Assembly: GCF_001949145.1 (NCBI RefSeq) | Contig: NW_019091356.1 | Coordinates: 1,615,667 to 1,679,666, forward strand | Direction of reading: 5' to 3' | Length of the DNA stretch: 64,000 bases | Source: Acanthaster planci | Lineage: Eukaryota | Shown here: piece by piece, positions 38,201 to 51,406 of the stretch | How positions within the stretch are numbered: the stretch's first letter is position 1 | Layout of the letters: the number at the start of each line of letters is the position of its first letter | The notes under the pieces: model-generated | The model's database searches: none | What the model was told of the DNA's origin: nothing | The model's input: the letters and a program-made list of their open reading frames with translations, nothing else | Made by a program: the position numbers and the translations under genes

Positions 38201-41200
38201 GGAGGGTCTCGAAAACGTTTATCTGGGCGGAAAATGAGTAATCACGTCGGCCAGCTGGTCTCGGAAAAACATCACTTATGTTCATACAGGATATGACCTG
38301 TAATCATCCCTTTGACAAAAACCGGGATAGAAAGGTTAATTTTTGGCTTTATAAGAGATTTCTCAGGTGACTCTCTCACAATGTTGGGTTGATTTTGTAC
38401 AGGTTTTCGTCAGCATGATGCAAATCAAAGCGAAGTCCTTTTGACTACAAAAATTACAGACATTTAAACAAGGCTTGCAACATTACTGTGATTGGTAAAA
38501 CATGTAACTGGGTGGCACATAAATAGAAAGTTGGTCAAACGGTTTAACGTGCGGAGATCGACTTCGGGCGCGTAGCCAACCAATTGGCACTGTAGTGTAC
38601 GTCTTGGCCGATGACAGTGACAGTCAGAATCAAACATCCCTAGCCAAGATGTTAATTGATTCTATTGACGATTGGGCGTTGTCGATTTCCGTCTTTTGGT
38701 ATTGGACTTTTTGATTTTCCTACAGTGTAATTCGACGACTGGATCAGACGCCATTATTGCGGCGGTAGATTGCTCGCGAACAGGTGGTGCGCGCGCGTTT
38801 CGTGCCTCTTCGTTCAACAGGGTGTCGTGACTTGCCAAATGCACGCGTGTGTCAAGCTGAAGAATGTGCGTGTGAGTGCGGTACCACCACAGTTATGACG
38901 TATAATAGGATTTCATTAGTCTATTAAGAGTTTTTGATTCTCCTATATCAGAACTCAATGCTGTAATCTGGCTGTCGCACTTCGAAGATTAAAAACACAT
39001 ATTCCCAATCTAAGAGCCTGGTCCTTGCCGTAGTTTTGGCTTATTCGAGTTTCAAATATACGGCTTTCCGTGATTCTCAAAAGTCCGGGATATGCATAAA
39101 CTTAATATTACTTCGCTGTGGAACCCTGCATTAATGTTGATTTTGTATAGATCTGCCAACAAGTATTTATGAGAAACATAATAGGACTGTGCGCTCCGCG
39201 ATTTTTGAAAGACAATTCTGTTCCGGAAAAGATAAATTGAAATGTTCCATTCCTCCTTTTTGGAAACATTTCAATCATTACCCAATCAATAATACAATGA
39301 ACTTTACCAGAATTTTTCTCTCCATCTTTTATACACAGAGTCACTTTTCGTTGAAAAGAGCAGCGGCCATCCTGGGCATTGGAACAGACAATGTCGTCTA
39401 TATCGATACAGATAACAGGTACTGTATGTCATAATAATGTCACTACCCATTTTGTTGGAGTTTCAATTTCGAGAGAGGGCGCCGTGAACAGTTTCTTGAC
39501 TAATCGGAAAGTTTAACATCCTCTTTTTCATTGAGATAGGGTGGGTTGAGAAACTTATGCTTCCTAGGAATGTAAGAGACCGAGGTAAATTTCACAGAGA
39601 AATCTGTCTGCATTTTTTAATCATCCTTTTAAAAGCAACCAGAAACGTACTTTGAATTCAAAGCACATTCCAGTCAGTCAAGTAATTTACAAAGACCTAT
39701 TCCTCGTGAAAGATGTTTGAGTTAGTGATTATTCTTACTTGTCTTCGGCCAAAACAATATCAACATTTTCTAAAATCGAACTACATTTCCTACAGAGTTG
39801 TAATGACTCGAGTCCAACTCGAGTCACAACTTTTGGCGACTCAACTCGAGTCCCGACGGGTAAATGACTCGACTCGAGTCTCTGGGACCAAATGACCCAA
39901 CCCTCGAAAAATTTAAAAGCAAACTTTTTTTGCGAAAAACATTTGAAATCTGACTTTCGGCGCTGTTCTTATTCTATCGTGAATACGTAGTACAGGATGT
40001 ACACAGAGCATGCGGCACAGTGCGACCCGGTCTTGTTTCTTCCTCCATTCATGGAAACAATACCAAAAATAACTTATACATGTTGTGTTTTTATTGCATT
40101 TTGTTCCAAAATTTGAGAGTCAAATCGACTCGAGCTCGGTACTTGACTCGACTCAACTACACAAAGAGACTCAACTTCTCGACCTAATAACTCGACTCGA
40201 CTCGAGTCACCAAATTTAGTGACTCGTTACAACACTGATTTCCCGCATTTCAATTCATACATCCGTTTGGCGCCGGTTGAAGTCGATGACCTGTCTATCG
40301 ACACGACCAAGCAATGAACTTTCAAATAATGCATGAGGGTTTCCTTTTAATTTCTGTTCTAATGTGTCAAATGTAGAGGCAAGATGAATTTGGAAGACTT
40401 GGAGAACAAGATTCAACAAGCGACTGCAAGAGTAAGTATGAAAAAAAAATCACCGGAGAAATTGGGAAATAGGCGTTTCCTCCAGATAAACAGAACAGTG
40501 ACGTACTTGTTATTTCTTATTTTGAACAAAGGGTCTCCAGACAGAGGCAGGAGGTGATTCGGGGGGGGGGTAGGTCAAACACATACAATAATGACAAAAA
40601 TAGTATAGATGACGTGACCATTATAGTAATAATGAATGAAGGTGACATCCTACCATACGTGTATAAAGGCAGGTGCATTATGTAATGCGGCAACTGTGTC
40701 TCCCTGTCTCGGCAACTATCGGACATAAACATAATCTGACGGGCCTAGAAAAGCAAAATCTGGATCCACCCTGAGAGGCGCACAAGTTTTGCTTTTAAAA
40801 AATCGTTCTTCATATCCCCACGTGTTTTAACTTCACACTACAGACATTAATTTGGCCAACGTGTTCTCCGTTTTCTCCACATGACAATCTCGTTTTTAGG
40901 GTGATAAACCATTCTTTGTCAACGCTACCGCCGGTACGACTGTGCTAGGTGCATTCGATCCGCTCAACGCAGTGGCCGACCTCTGTGAGAAGTACAGCTT
41001 GTGGATGCACGTAGACGTGAGTACATGGCTGGACGCTGGCCAAACTCGACTTGAACAAAGACTAAAATCGCGGCTCTGGGTTTTATTTTTCAAGGGGAAG
41101 CCTGGCATCTCAACAGGGAAAGCTTCTACGAGGTGTGAAGACTAGTCTCCTCTCAAGACTGACAAATAACCTATTTTCCATTGGAAAGTACATAATGCAT

Positions 41201-44200
41201 CCACGAGAGTTATTTAATAATAATAATAATAATAATAAAAAACACTAACTTTGCTTTGAAGTGTAAGGAATAGCAGCCCCGATAATTATTGGCCATATTT
41301 TAGGAATTTTTTTTTACATCAAAGATCGACAGTTGTTGGACTTGTGTGTGATTTTTCTGTCAAAAATTTCTCCAGCAATCATAAATAAAAAATAGCTGTA
41401 AGCATTTCAAGATACATGTAGCTTGCACGTGATACCAGTGCAGCTCCCTTTACGTACCGTCTGCTGACCCAATCCACGGCTTCGTGTAAAAGCGCCCTCC
41501 ACTGCAATGTAAAGCAAGTTTTGTCCAAGAGAGAGGGCGTGCTTCCTACTTAATTAAAAAAATATTTAAAAAAAGAAAAAAGGCTAACCTTAACTGTGAC
41601 CCAGTTAAATTCCAACTTTTTCGTCTGAAAAACATCTACCTGTATGCAAGCCAATTGATATCAGATCTGTAATTATACGCAATAAGGACCACCAATATTA
41701 ACTGTAAGTAATTACTTGCAGGCAGCTTGGGGTGGCGGCGTTCTCATGTCCAGGAAGCACCGACACAAAATGGATGGCATCCATAGGTAAGGCAGTGCAG
41801 GAGGGAAAGAGGTTGAAATACATCTTTATTAACTTGGCTAGGACATGTATCGTGACTAAGACAGGGGAAAGGGGACGATCCCTTCCCCCTTCCCCCATGA
41901 CAGAAGGAAAAACGTGATTACAGTCCGCCTGGGTACCCCTCCAGAAAATGTGGGCCCCACCGTTCCCCCTACAACGTGTACCGCAGTTACGTCACTGGGT
42001 AATGCCACCGTCGGGAAATAACAGTCAAGTCGAACCTCAACCTTCAGGAGCAGACACGCCAGTATACGCAATTCCCCAGTTTGGAAAAGCTTTGGACAAT
42101 CTTACGTAGCGATCAAGTTTTCTTACTTGATGGAGTTGGGAAACAGAGGGGGACAGTCCTTTGAAATTGTACCTGTGTACATGTATTGCACTTTTCTTTC
42201 AAATGGTGACTGCATTACAAACACATTTTGATTCAGAGAATCTCATTCGAGTGTAACTTTGGTGACAACTTTTACAGGGCCGATTCTGTGACGTGGAATC
42301 CTCACAAGCTCATGGGTGTCTTGCTTCAATGCTCCGCTGTTCTTCTCAAAGAAGACGTAAGAATACAGTGTATCCGCCTTAAGCAGAAGCACCCCCTCAT
42401 CGGTTGCAAAGGGTCATGTTGGCGGGGAGTGTTCGTTTTGTTGGTGGCGACCACAGACATAAACGTATATACCACTAGATCGTATTCAAAACTGCACAAT
42501 CATTTCGTGATCTGCGTGGAACCCGACTAAAATCAAACCTAAGGGTAAATTCACCCCCTCGATATATGGAATTTATGCACAGCCGAAGAATCCCAGCCAA
42601 AAAGTTATACGAAGCCATTTTTTGATTGCGAAAAAACTCCCCCATTTACCTAAACTGGCATATGTAGAGTCGGCACGTGGAAACAATACAGGCAATGTGA
42701 GTGCCTGCCATCCATCCTTTCGCCCATTGCTTGGTCTGTGCGTTCGTATGTCTGTGCTAGCGAAGCAACCGCGTAACACGTGCATTTCCTGGTCGTTTGT
42801 GAGCCACTGGAGTGCAGTACCCACCAAGGAAGCCGCAGTTTCTAGAAACAATCCACACTCTCTTGGTCCAGTTCGGGGCCTGTAATCTCTAGATGCACTG
42901 GTTGGTCTAGATGGAAGCAACCACTGTACATGTACATGTATCGACTGAGTACGTGGCAAATTTGGGAAGTTTCTCCTAAGACAACCACCCAGAACTGATG
43001 GTAGTTATGCTTTGAAACAACAACTCAATCAAATACTCTTGTTTACAAAACTCGTGCTGGCTAAGAGTTCAGATCGGAACTAGCTGTCTGATCACTGGAT
43101 TTTCCCCGTTTTTATGGGCAGTGTATTTTAGAGGACTGCAACTCGATGAGGGCGCCCTACTTGTTCCAGCAGGACAAACACTACGACGTATCGTACGACA
43201 CGGGTGACAAGACCATTCAGTGCGGTCGGCACGTGGATGTGTTCAAGTTCTGGCTCATGTGGCGCGCGAAGGTAAAACGACACGTTTTACGCGTTGAGGG
43301 CAATGCGCTCGAATTTCTATTGTAGGATACAGTTTTGTTTGTTTTTGTCGATGACAACTTGAAAAACCACCTTTTTTGTATACATGACATCATCGTCCAG
43401 TTCAGTGCCATCTCATGAGAAATTGTTCAATATTTGCCAAAGTACTAGAGGTGTTAGGGACAGTTTACCCGAGATTAGTGGCTAGCATTACGCTACAATT
43501 CACCCAACTTAGGAAGTTTTGAAGAGGAGAAAGAAATGAATGGGGTTCTGCCATGTCTCTAATAGGCCAGTGCGGTTGGAACCGGGACCCTGTTTCTGTA
43601 AAGATCGGGTATCCGGATACCGGGAAACCCAGCACAGGCCCAGTCTAGCGAAATCACTTTCCTTGTAACCCATGTCCTCAAAGTTACTCGCCTAATGTGC
43701 TGTATTAATTTTCCCCCTCTCAGGGAACACGGGGCTTCGAAAACCACGTCAATAAGCTCTTCGATCTAGCCCAGTGAGTATACGGTTTATCACTCATGCG
43801 TACGTCAAGCGATAAATGAATTCTGTTGACGACAAGCGATAGACATTCTGCTTCTTCCTCGGGTAAACATTTAATTTCCGGAGCCAGGGCAGCGATTGAC
43901 TAATAATTATGAACCACAAAGACTCCCGCGCATCTTTAAGGATTAAATCTGCAAAGCAAAGATGTCATGGAGGTCGTTGAGTATAATCTCGTCCGCAGTC
44001 CACTCTGCGCATTTGAGGTGGAAAAGGCTTCCAAAAGCGACTCTGATTCAAGAACAAGCCGTGTTTACTCAACATGACAAGAAATATTTTCAAGCGATAA
44101 CACAGTGTAAATTTGCCTGCCTGTGCGGGCGCCGGAAGTCACTGTCCTTTCGTGACAGCTCCGCTCACCGCTTGCCTCTGTTGTCTTTCATAACTAGATA

Positions 44201-47200
44201 CCTGCTGGAAAAGCTGAAGTCGAGAGAAGGGTTCAAACTTGTGTATGACAAGGTGAGAAATGTCAAACAGAAAATGCTTTAATCAGAAATGTGGAGATTC
44301 TTTTTTATTCGGATAAGGGAATCATTGCCCTTCTGAAATCACTCTGGATTTTCCTTACCTCGAAAATTGTACAAAACGAAGTGGGGTGAAACCTTTGCTT
44401 TCATCTTGGAACAGTGCTGTTCTCGGCGTCCACCTCTGACCTTAATTTCACCCTGCCTCTTCATGCAATCCTAAAACCCCACGAGGTCAGTTTGGGTTAC
44501 CTTCAAGGGTGTGATTTTTCCTTAATGCTTGGGGCAAAACAGAGCGGTGGTAGGGAGTTTCCCATTCCAAGTATCGGAGTCTAGTCACGACTGATGAGAA
44601 AAGAAGGTCGTTTAGGTGTTAAGAAAAATTCATGGCTCCAGGCTTCCCAGTAGATGGTGGCGATTTGGCCGAGGAGAAGGGCTTTTATACCCCATACAGC
44701 GATGTTGTCTAGTGTTGTGGTTGTGGACTCCAGTGCTTACTCGAGTATAATGGAAAACAGGTATACAGACAAACGTTCAGGGATGTATCTAACGCTTGTC
44801 TGTTTTTGTTTTCACTGTGTGATAACAATCCCAACGACGTAATTATACAATACAGTAAATGAATAATACAATGATGGATCCAAACATGAAGTGATGAAAG
44901 GTGATTCCCTATTTCCTAATAAGTTGCCAGAGTGGAATGTTGTGCCAAATTCCCTTTTGGAAGAAAATGCAGCTAACTTGTGAAGAAGTGGCGTTACCAT
45001 TGGCTGAAATTTTGTTTTCACACGGTTTTCAGCCTGAACACACCAATGTATGCTACTGGTACATACCGCCTAGTCTACGAAGTATGGAGGAGGGAAGGGA
45101 AAAACAGCTTCTGCTTCACAAGGTACAGACAGATAGACATATCGCCCGACCAACCGACAGAAAAAAGCGATTGCCTTCTTGAGAGCTAGACAAACCGAGC
45201 CGCTCGACGAATAGACAACTAAGTGACATCCTGACTACTGAGCCGAAAATCCGTTGACACAGCACATTGATCAGATCACATAGAGCAGAATAAACAAAGA
45301 CAGGCAAGCAGACCAACACACAGACAGACCACTGCAGCCACATCCTTTTAAACAAAGACCCGGAATTCTCTGAATAATGCTTCAATTATTCTTCAGTCAT
45401 AATTATATGCCCAGATGAATATTTCAACCCAAATTCTTCTCCTCTGACTTAAAAAAACGAGTAACCAGCGCACGTAGCACCAGCTGGGGTCAATTTCAGA
45501 GAGCTGCTTAACAAGCACAAAATCTGCTTAAGCGCGAAAAACCTTGCTTAATAAGCAAAAGTTACCAACTCAAACTCAATGTGATTGTCACGCTAACCAA
45601 AAAACAGCTAAATACCATTCCAAAACAATATACATAACATGTATATGAGTTGTGGCTGGTTACCTGATTTATCAAGCAAGGTTTTCTTTCGCTTAAGCAA
45701 ATTTTGTGCTTAAGCAGCTCTGTGAAATTGAGCCAAGGCTGGAGAAAAATAGCCTCACAAAAATATCTCTTATATCTCCCCGTATAAATGATTTTTCCAC
45801 TTAAGTGGCTCGACCTAGATATTTTTATCTTCCCGACAAAAAGCTCTCGCTTGTCGCTAATGCACTGCGCCCAATGCCATAAAATCGACCGCGGGTTTCT
45901 TTTTTAGCGAACGAACAAGGCAAAATCCCGTGTCGGTACTCCCAAAGTGGATAAGGGCAAACACGAGTGCCGACTTTGGAGTGATCAATTGTGTTTGTCT
46001 GTGATGGCTGGGGACCGGTGGATCGCTAGTCAACAGGCCAGCAGAATCAATTTCCTATCAGTAGGCCTGTGCATATTTATCCGTTGAATGGTATTGGCGC
46101 TCGCTGTTATATCATACTAGGCGATTTCTGTCCCCCGAATGTCGTTTGGAATTCTCCTTGGCAATTTGTCGCTATAAAACAGCGAAAGACGTAGGCCTAT
46201 GGGTAAAGATATGCGGAAAAGGCACACGTGAACAGTTTTGATTTGGTTGAACAACTTGTTGCTTGGAAATTATTTAGTCAAATCAAATCAGGCGAAGTAA
46301 AAGGGATTTTGAAGATTTTTCGTGGGAAATCTCCTTTCTTTTTGCTGAAAGCTGTTGTGGTAACAGCAAAGTTAAATCACAGAGAGCTCTCTTGTGCCTC
46401 CAGTTTTTAAGCCGCGGAAAAACGTGCGTGAAAAGCCCTATTGCAGGACTTTCAAGTAACATCCTTACACAAACAGTCGTTTTGTTTTGTCACGTCACTG
46501 TCGCTGTGCGCATCAATCCAATTGAAAGCCTCAGTGCATACGAGTGAGTACCCTGTTTGTTGATTCAGACTCAGTATCGACACCCGTGATGATTTTGGTT
46601 TCCTGTGACGGATGCCATTTCGGCTGCAAGGTCACAGTTTGTCAGCGATTGCTCTTACAAGACAAACCAGTGAACAAGCAAATTAGGCATGGTTCAACCA
46701 TCCGCTTTCAACCACCGCTGCGAGTTAGTCATATACCGACGCGAGTTGTCTTTCAGAACACGAACTATGTTGCAAACCATCCCTTCTCGAGAGGTTTGTG
46801 TACAGAACGGTATTTTCAACACCCAACCCTGTATGCCACTCCAGCGACAAGAAGTAGAAGCCATTGCTGTGATGATATCACGATCGCGCTTAAGTCGTAA
46901 CGCAAAGAAGAAGGTACTCAGTTACCGAAAGCTGATTTGATATTATATTCTTGTCAATATTCTGATCTAGGTGCTACGCAGCCCTTCCATATTTCTCGAG
47001 CGAGCTACTCGTGTGAACACGAGTATACTCCTGAGCGCTCGAACGGCTGGAGTACGACCCGGGGGTCAGCGAATGTATACTCCCGCCAGAGGGTGGGGGA
47101 AAGTATACTCCTTACCCGAGTGTAATGCGCATGTATCTTGTTCGTGTTAACAGGAGTAACCGCGCGAACGCACCCTGTATTGTGACTTGCGAATATGCAC

Positions 47201-47877
47201 GCGCACCTCGAGTTACCAATGCGTTTGACATGCGTATTTAAACTGTGGTGCACCTGCAGATACAGTGCATCCGCTATTATCAGTCATTGAGTCTTCATAA
47301 ACTGTGATTAAAATATGCTTAAATCGTTGTCATCATGAAAAAGATGGCCCAATGATGGGGGGGGGGGCAGTGGCAGTGGAGTTTTCGCCTAATGACGGGT
47401 CGGTCAGGAGAAAACTGGTTTGCCAGAGAATATTTTTGTTTAGCCGGGCAGTACCAGTGTGTCCCAAAGTGCACCACCACAAACCCTACCCAATTAAAAA
47501 TCTCTTGTTTCTCGCGTTGAAGAGAAGAGCTCCAGTCAATTCCCTTACCAACCCAAATCTGGATATGCCACTGTCAAAGCATCTTGGGCAGTTTCAAAGC
47601 TCATATTAGCCACGACCGAACTTTCTTATGTACAGTGTTCGTGCGCTTTGGACTTACCACTTCCGGTTTTCACCCCTTATCCCTCTTCTACGCGCATCGG
47701 CAGGTCGCTCCGGCGATTAAGGCCCGCATGATGGCCGCCGGAACCCTGATGGTGGGCTACCAGCCGCTAGGGAACAGGGTCAACTTCTTCCGCATGGTGT
47801 TCTCTAACCCGGCCGCCACCAAGGCCGACGTGGACTTCCTCCTGGATGAAACGGAGAGGCTGGGACGCGACCTGTGA
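29275..47877 (+). CDS. GAD: Glutamate decarboxylase (group II PLP-dependent decarboxylase), ~588 aa, 15 coding exons
   Basis: Exons: 29275-29578, 33167-33400, 33601-33691, 33927-34033, 34473-34588, 39339-39418, 40377-40431, 40900-41016, 41722-41786, 42278-42356, 43122-43271, 43724-43773, 44198-44252, 45033-45122, 47704-47877 (TGA). All GT-AG, phase-consistent, 1767 nt. Motifs: [76 protein letters not shown] (PLP lysine), [35 protein letters not shown]...[10 protein letters not shown]...ERLGRDL. Confidence 0.96.
37739..38093. mobile_element. Degenerate MITE-like element in a GAD intron
   Basis: Termini catgggcgtaaat ... atttacgcaac, with G-rich (left) and C-rich (right) subterminal runs. Confidence 0.35.
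39793..40237. mobile_element. hAT-like non-autonomous DNA transposon in a GAD intron
   Basis: TIRs cagagttgtaa / ttacaacactg, many subterminal gactcga(gtc) motifs at both ends, and an imperfect 8-bp target duplication atttccta (39785-39792) / atttcccg (40238-40245). Confidence 0.75.
40600..40775. repeat. Interspersed repeat fragment shared with 50820-50977
   Basis: Both copies contain tgacatcctacca..cgtgta, atgtaatgc.g and a terminal aaaatc..ggatcc.ccc.tga. Confidence 0.5.
45484..45737. mobile_element. MITE with long (~70 bp) terminal inverted repeats in the last GAD intron
   Basis: Left ctggggtcaatttcagagagctgcttaa..gcacaaaatctgcttaagcg..aaaaccttgct pairs with right agcaaggtttt..cgcttaagcaaattttgtgcttaagcagctctgtgaaattgagccaag. 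Confidence 0.8.
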
Positions 47878-50563
47878 TACGGACGAGGAGGTGGAGATGA
47901 AGATGGCGATGGTGGTTCTATCGGGGTGAGAAGGGTGAGATAAGATAAAAAAAAAGAGGTACATGGAACCGAACAAGATGCATTTAGAAGGCAAATAGTA
48001 GGAAGAGACACCACACGCCTGCAAACAGGAATGAGATATCACTGCTTATACAAGGTTTAATTTGCTCTGTATACTGTCATGTATCATTACCCAAATGTAG
48101 CTCCATGTATCAAAATTGTCCCATCACAGCTCATCGTAATCATGTGGCACCGTTTGAATTATAAAGATGGCACTTTTTCGACAGTCAAATAACAAAAACG
48201 TTTACTTCCACTTGGAAGTGCAAGTACTTGGTTTGTAGTTTTAAAACATCCAAAGAGTGATAGCACAAGAACCTACCAAAGTGAGCATGTTCGGGGTCGG
48301 ACTAAAGATTGGCATCTAGTCAGTTGCTTCTTATCATCAATGCGCAGGCGCAATACAGTTACACTTAAACTTCCCTCACACGTTCACTTCCCTTATGAAC
48401 AGCCTCGTTCCCATGGGTACAATCTTGCCGCGCCATGTTGGTTCCTACCATGCCTTGTGCGATCTAGTGGAAGAACGCTCATGCAGCCCATGGAGTCGAG
48501 GTTGCTTTGTGAACTATTTGGTAATATCCGAAATATGCCATCGGTTGCTACTCTCGCAGTATTCATGGTCAATGATATCTCGTGCTGTTATTTTCATGTG
48601 AATAATGGGCGATTCGCAATAGTGCGCCTCCAAGAGTTTGCAAGGCGTTGACCAATCACAATGCGCGAAATCTGTTTACCCATTGCACGTTTGGAAAGGG
48701 TCGACAGATTTTGCACACTGTGATTGTTCAACGCGTTGCAAACTCTTGGAGGCGCACTATTGTGAAACGCCCGTATTGTTCCCTCCGTATACTGATAAAT
48801 AGAACCGGCTAATGACAACTAGCGTTGCCATCAAGCCCCAGGGCCTGGTTACAAATGGTCGACTGGACGGTTAAAGCCAGCCATCGTTCTGGCGATGTTG
48901 TTTGAAGAACGGCTAACTATAGTCGTGGCTCGAATTTGCCCTATGCTTATTATATGTGCTTTCTTGATGACTAATGACCCCATCTGGCCACGACAAACAA
49001 GGAACTCGTCGACAGCATGACCGGTAAATTGGGTGAAACAGGTCGTATCTGAAACCTCACTCGAGTAATAATTTATTGCGTAATTATACCTAAAACGGCG
49101 GACACCGCGCACTCCAAATAAAGATGGCCCATTTAAGCTCCCCAAAGAGACTGGTTGCCGGTGAATTGATATTGTACATGCATGCCATAAGAGGCCGTGA
49201 CCAGTCGTCAGATATTGTCGCTGGTTCCAGGGCACTTTATAACTCACAAGAATGAACTGCATACAAGGGAAGGGATTCTCCACTGAAGCGATTTGTTGCA
49301 TTTTCCACTGCTAAGAGGGTATTTGATACTGACCAATTAGACGGCCGAAATTTTCTTTTCGAGCAGGAAAAATTCCTTCCATAAATTAACATGTGAAATC
49401 ATTTGAGATCAGTACAGATATTTTCGGTAGCGCCACTAACATACTAAATCCAAAATGCACTTTTAGCCAGACCCGAATCATGGCTGGTATGCCAATCCGA
49501 TTCCGGTTTGTACTATGTTATACCAAGCGTACAAGACTTCGGAATTCAATTCCTGGTGGCAAACTTGAACTGACTTGAGAAAGACAGTGTATCGTGCAAA
49601 ATGTCTGATAGGTCATAATACTATACTGCAATTAGGGTACACATACAGAAAAAAAGGTCACCAGAAAATTTCGCTAGCAAAAGATGATTGGTTTCTTAGG
49701 TTGTAAAGGGCATTACAAAATTAGAGTCAGGAAAAAGCAGCCCCCACGGCTTTGCATATTTTATATTTATAATTATGTATCATGAATTCTGCATGTCGTG
49801 GGATTAGACAAAGTCTACGGAAACGATTGAAGCGGGGGCATTAATTCTACCATTATGGAGATAACCGGAAAGTACACGTTCTTCGTCTTGGGTGATTATT
49901 TATAATCAAAAGAAAATACACAATGCTAGAGTCGGATACAAACAGCAATTAAAATCACTATTATGTTAATACTGCCGAAGTACATGCAAGACGCAAGATA
50001 TAACTCCCTTTAGATGTCTTTAGTTTTACGTTTAAGTATGAATAATTATTTGCAAATTCTAAACAAAACCTCAATAAATATAACATTTCACAATTATTAT
50101 TTCACATTATAATACCAGAGCTCTAATACGCTGTAATAGTTTGAATATTTCATGGTCTTATTATACAGCAAAAGCATATATAAAAATGTATAAACTAACG
50201 TATTCTATGTTTTTCTGTACAAAAATTAAACCACTGCGATATATTAAAATATAATTGAAATCCTTTGTGGCCCAGTACCTATTGTGAATTACCTTGCGTA
50301 ACAATAAATACACGAATTGTAAACAAACGCTAATGTTGCTATCTTCGACCACTCTCCACGATTTTGGATTGTTATAGCCTATAGCCTTCATTATTCGTAT
50401 AGAAGTGACGCTCGAGTGACTTTTTTCTAGCGAGTTAACGTTGATTGATTGAAGTCAGTCCGAGTTTTGGTGGAGTGGTTTCATCTTGCTCTTCGTAAAC
50501 CCTGCCCGAGTTGAGTCTCGCTCTCAGTATGATCCATTTAAGTTTCCTTGAAACCGTTTAGTG

Positions 50564-50800
50564 TGTATCCACATATATGAAACGTTGTCCAAGAATGATG
50601 AAGTCATCCTTATCGACACCTTAATTCCCCGCTCTAACACCCCCCACAAAAATAAATAACTAAAATAATGAAAATAAATAATAATGTATCCACATCTATA
50701 AAACGTTGTCCGAGAATGATGAAGTCATCCTTATCGACACCTTAATTCCCCGCTCTAACACCCCCCCCCAAAATAAATAACTAAAATAATGAACAATGAA
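50564..50800. repeat. Tandem duplication, ~121-bp unit x2
   Basis: tgtatccacat.tat.aaacgttgtcc.agaatgatgaagtcatccttatcgacaccttaattccccgctctaacaccccc...aaataaataactaaaataatgaa is repeated. Confidence 0.92.
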
Positions 50801-51124
50801 ATAACAATTACACATGGCGGAAGATGACATCCTACCACGTGTAGATGTGACGCTTGAGTGCATCAGATGATGTAATGCAGGTAATGACCTACCTGTGCGC
50901 CAATTCCCAACGATTGGAAATGAAAAATAACTGACAGGCTTGACTCCCACCCGGGTAAAATCGTGGATCCGCCCCTGATGTTAGTGATTGGGGAAAAATT
51001 AACATTTTAACCAACCATATTGAAAACAAATGTAGCCATTGATAAATAAATATACTCTGTTTTTCACAAAGGATAAAATGCCTACACGTTCTCGAACATT
51101 TCTTTCGCACGTAGTGGTACATCA

Positions 51125-51406
51125 ATAGACCGACTGTGCCACCTAAGTCACTCAACCTATACTGGGTATCAAACATCAACAAACATGGCATCCCTTAGCA
51201 AAGTGTATCTTAAGTGTTATTTACCATAAAAGTGTTGATTTTCGGTATGGTGATCAGCACATCAGTAGTCCGAGTACTTTACCGACTGTCGGCTTTATTT
51301 CTGGTAAACAACACTTCAACCACATTTTGCCATGAAACGATGCCTTGTTTGTTGATGTTTAATATCCACTAAAGGTCACGTGACTTAACGGGCGCAATCG
51401 GTCTAT
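51125..51406. mobile_element. MITE with ~68-bp imperfect TIRs (ATAGACC termini)
   Basis: atagaccgactgtgcc..taagtcac..aaacatcaacaaacatggcatc versus gatgccttgtttgttgatgttt..gtgactta..gcgcaatcggtctat. Confidence 0.75.

Noticed and set aside
47875..47943. Stop-codon readthrough or selenocysteine extension of GAD (TGA followed by ~21 open codons, YGRGGGDEDGDGGSIGVRRVR)
   Set aside because: The stop is at the conserved GAD C-terminus (LGxDL), the context is TGA-T rather than the leaky TGA-C(TAG), no SECIS was seen, and a purine-rich UTR is easily open by chance.
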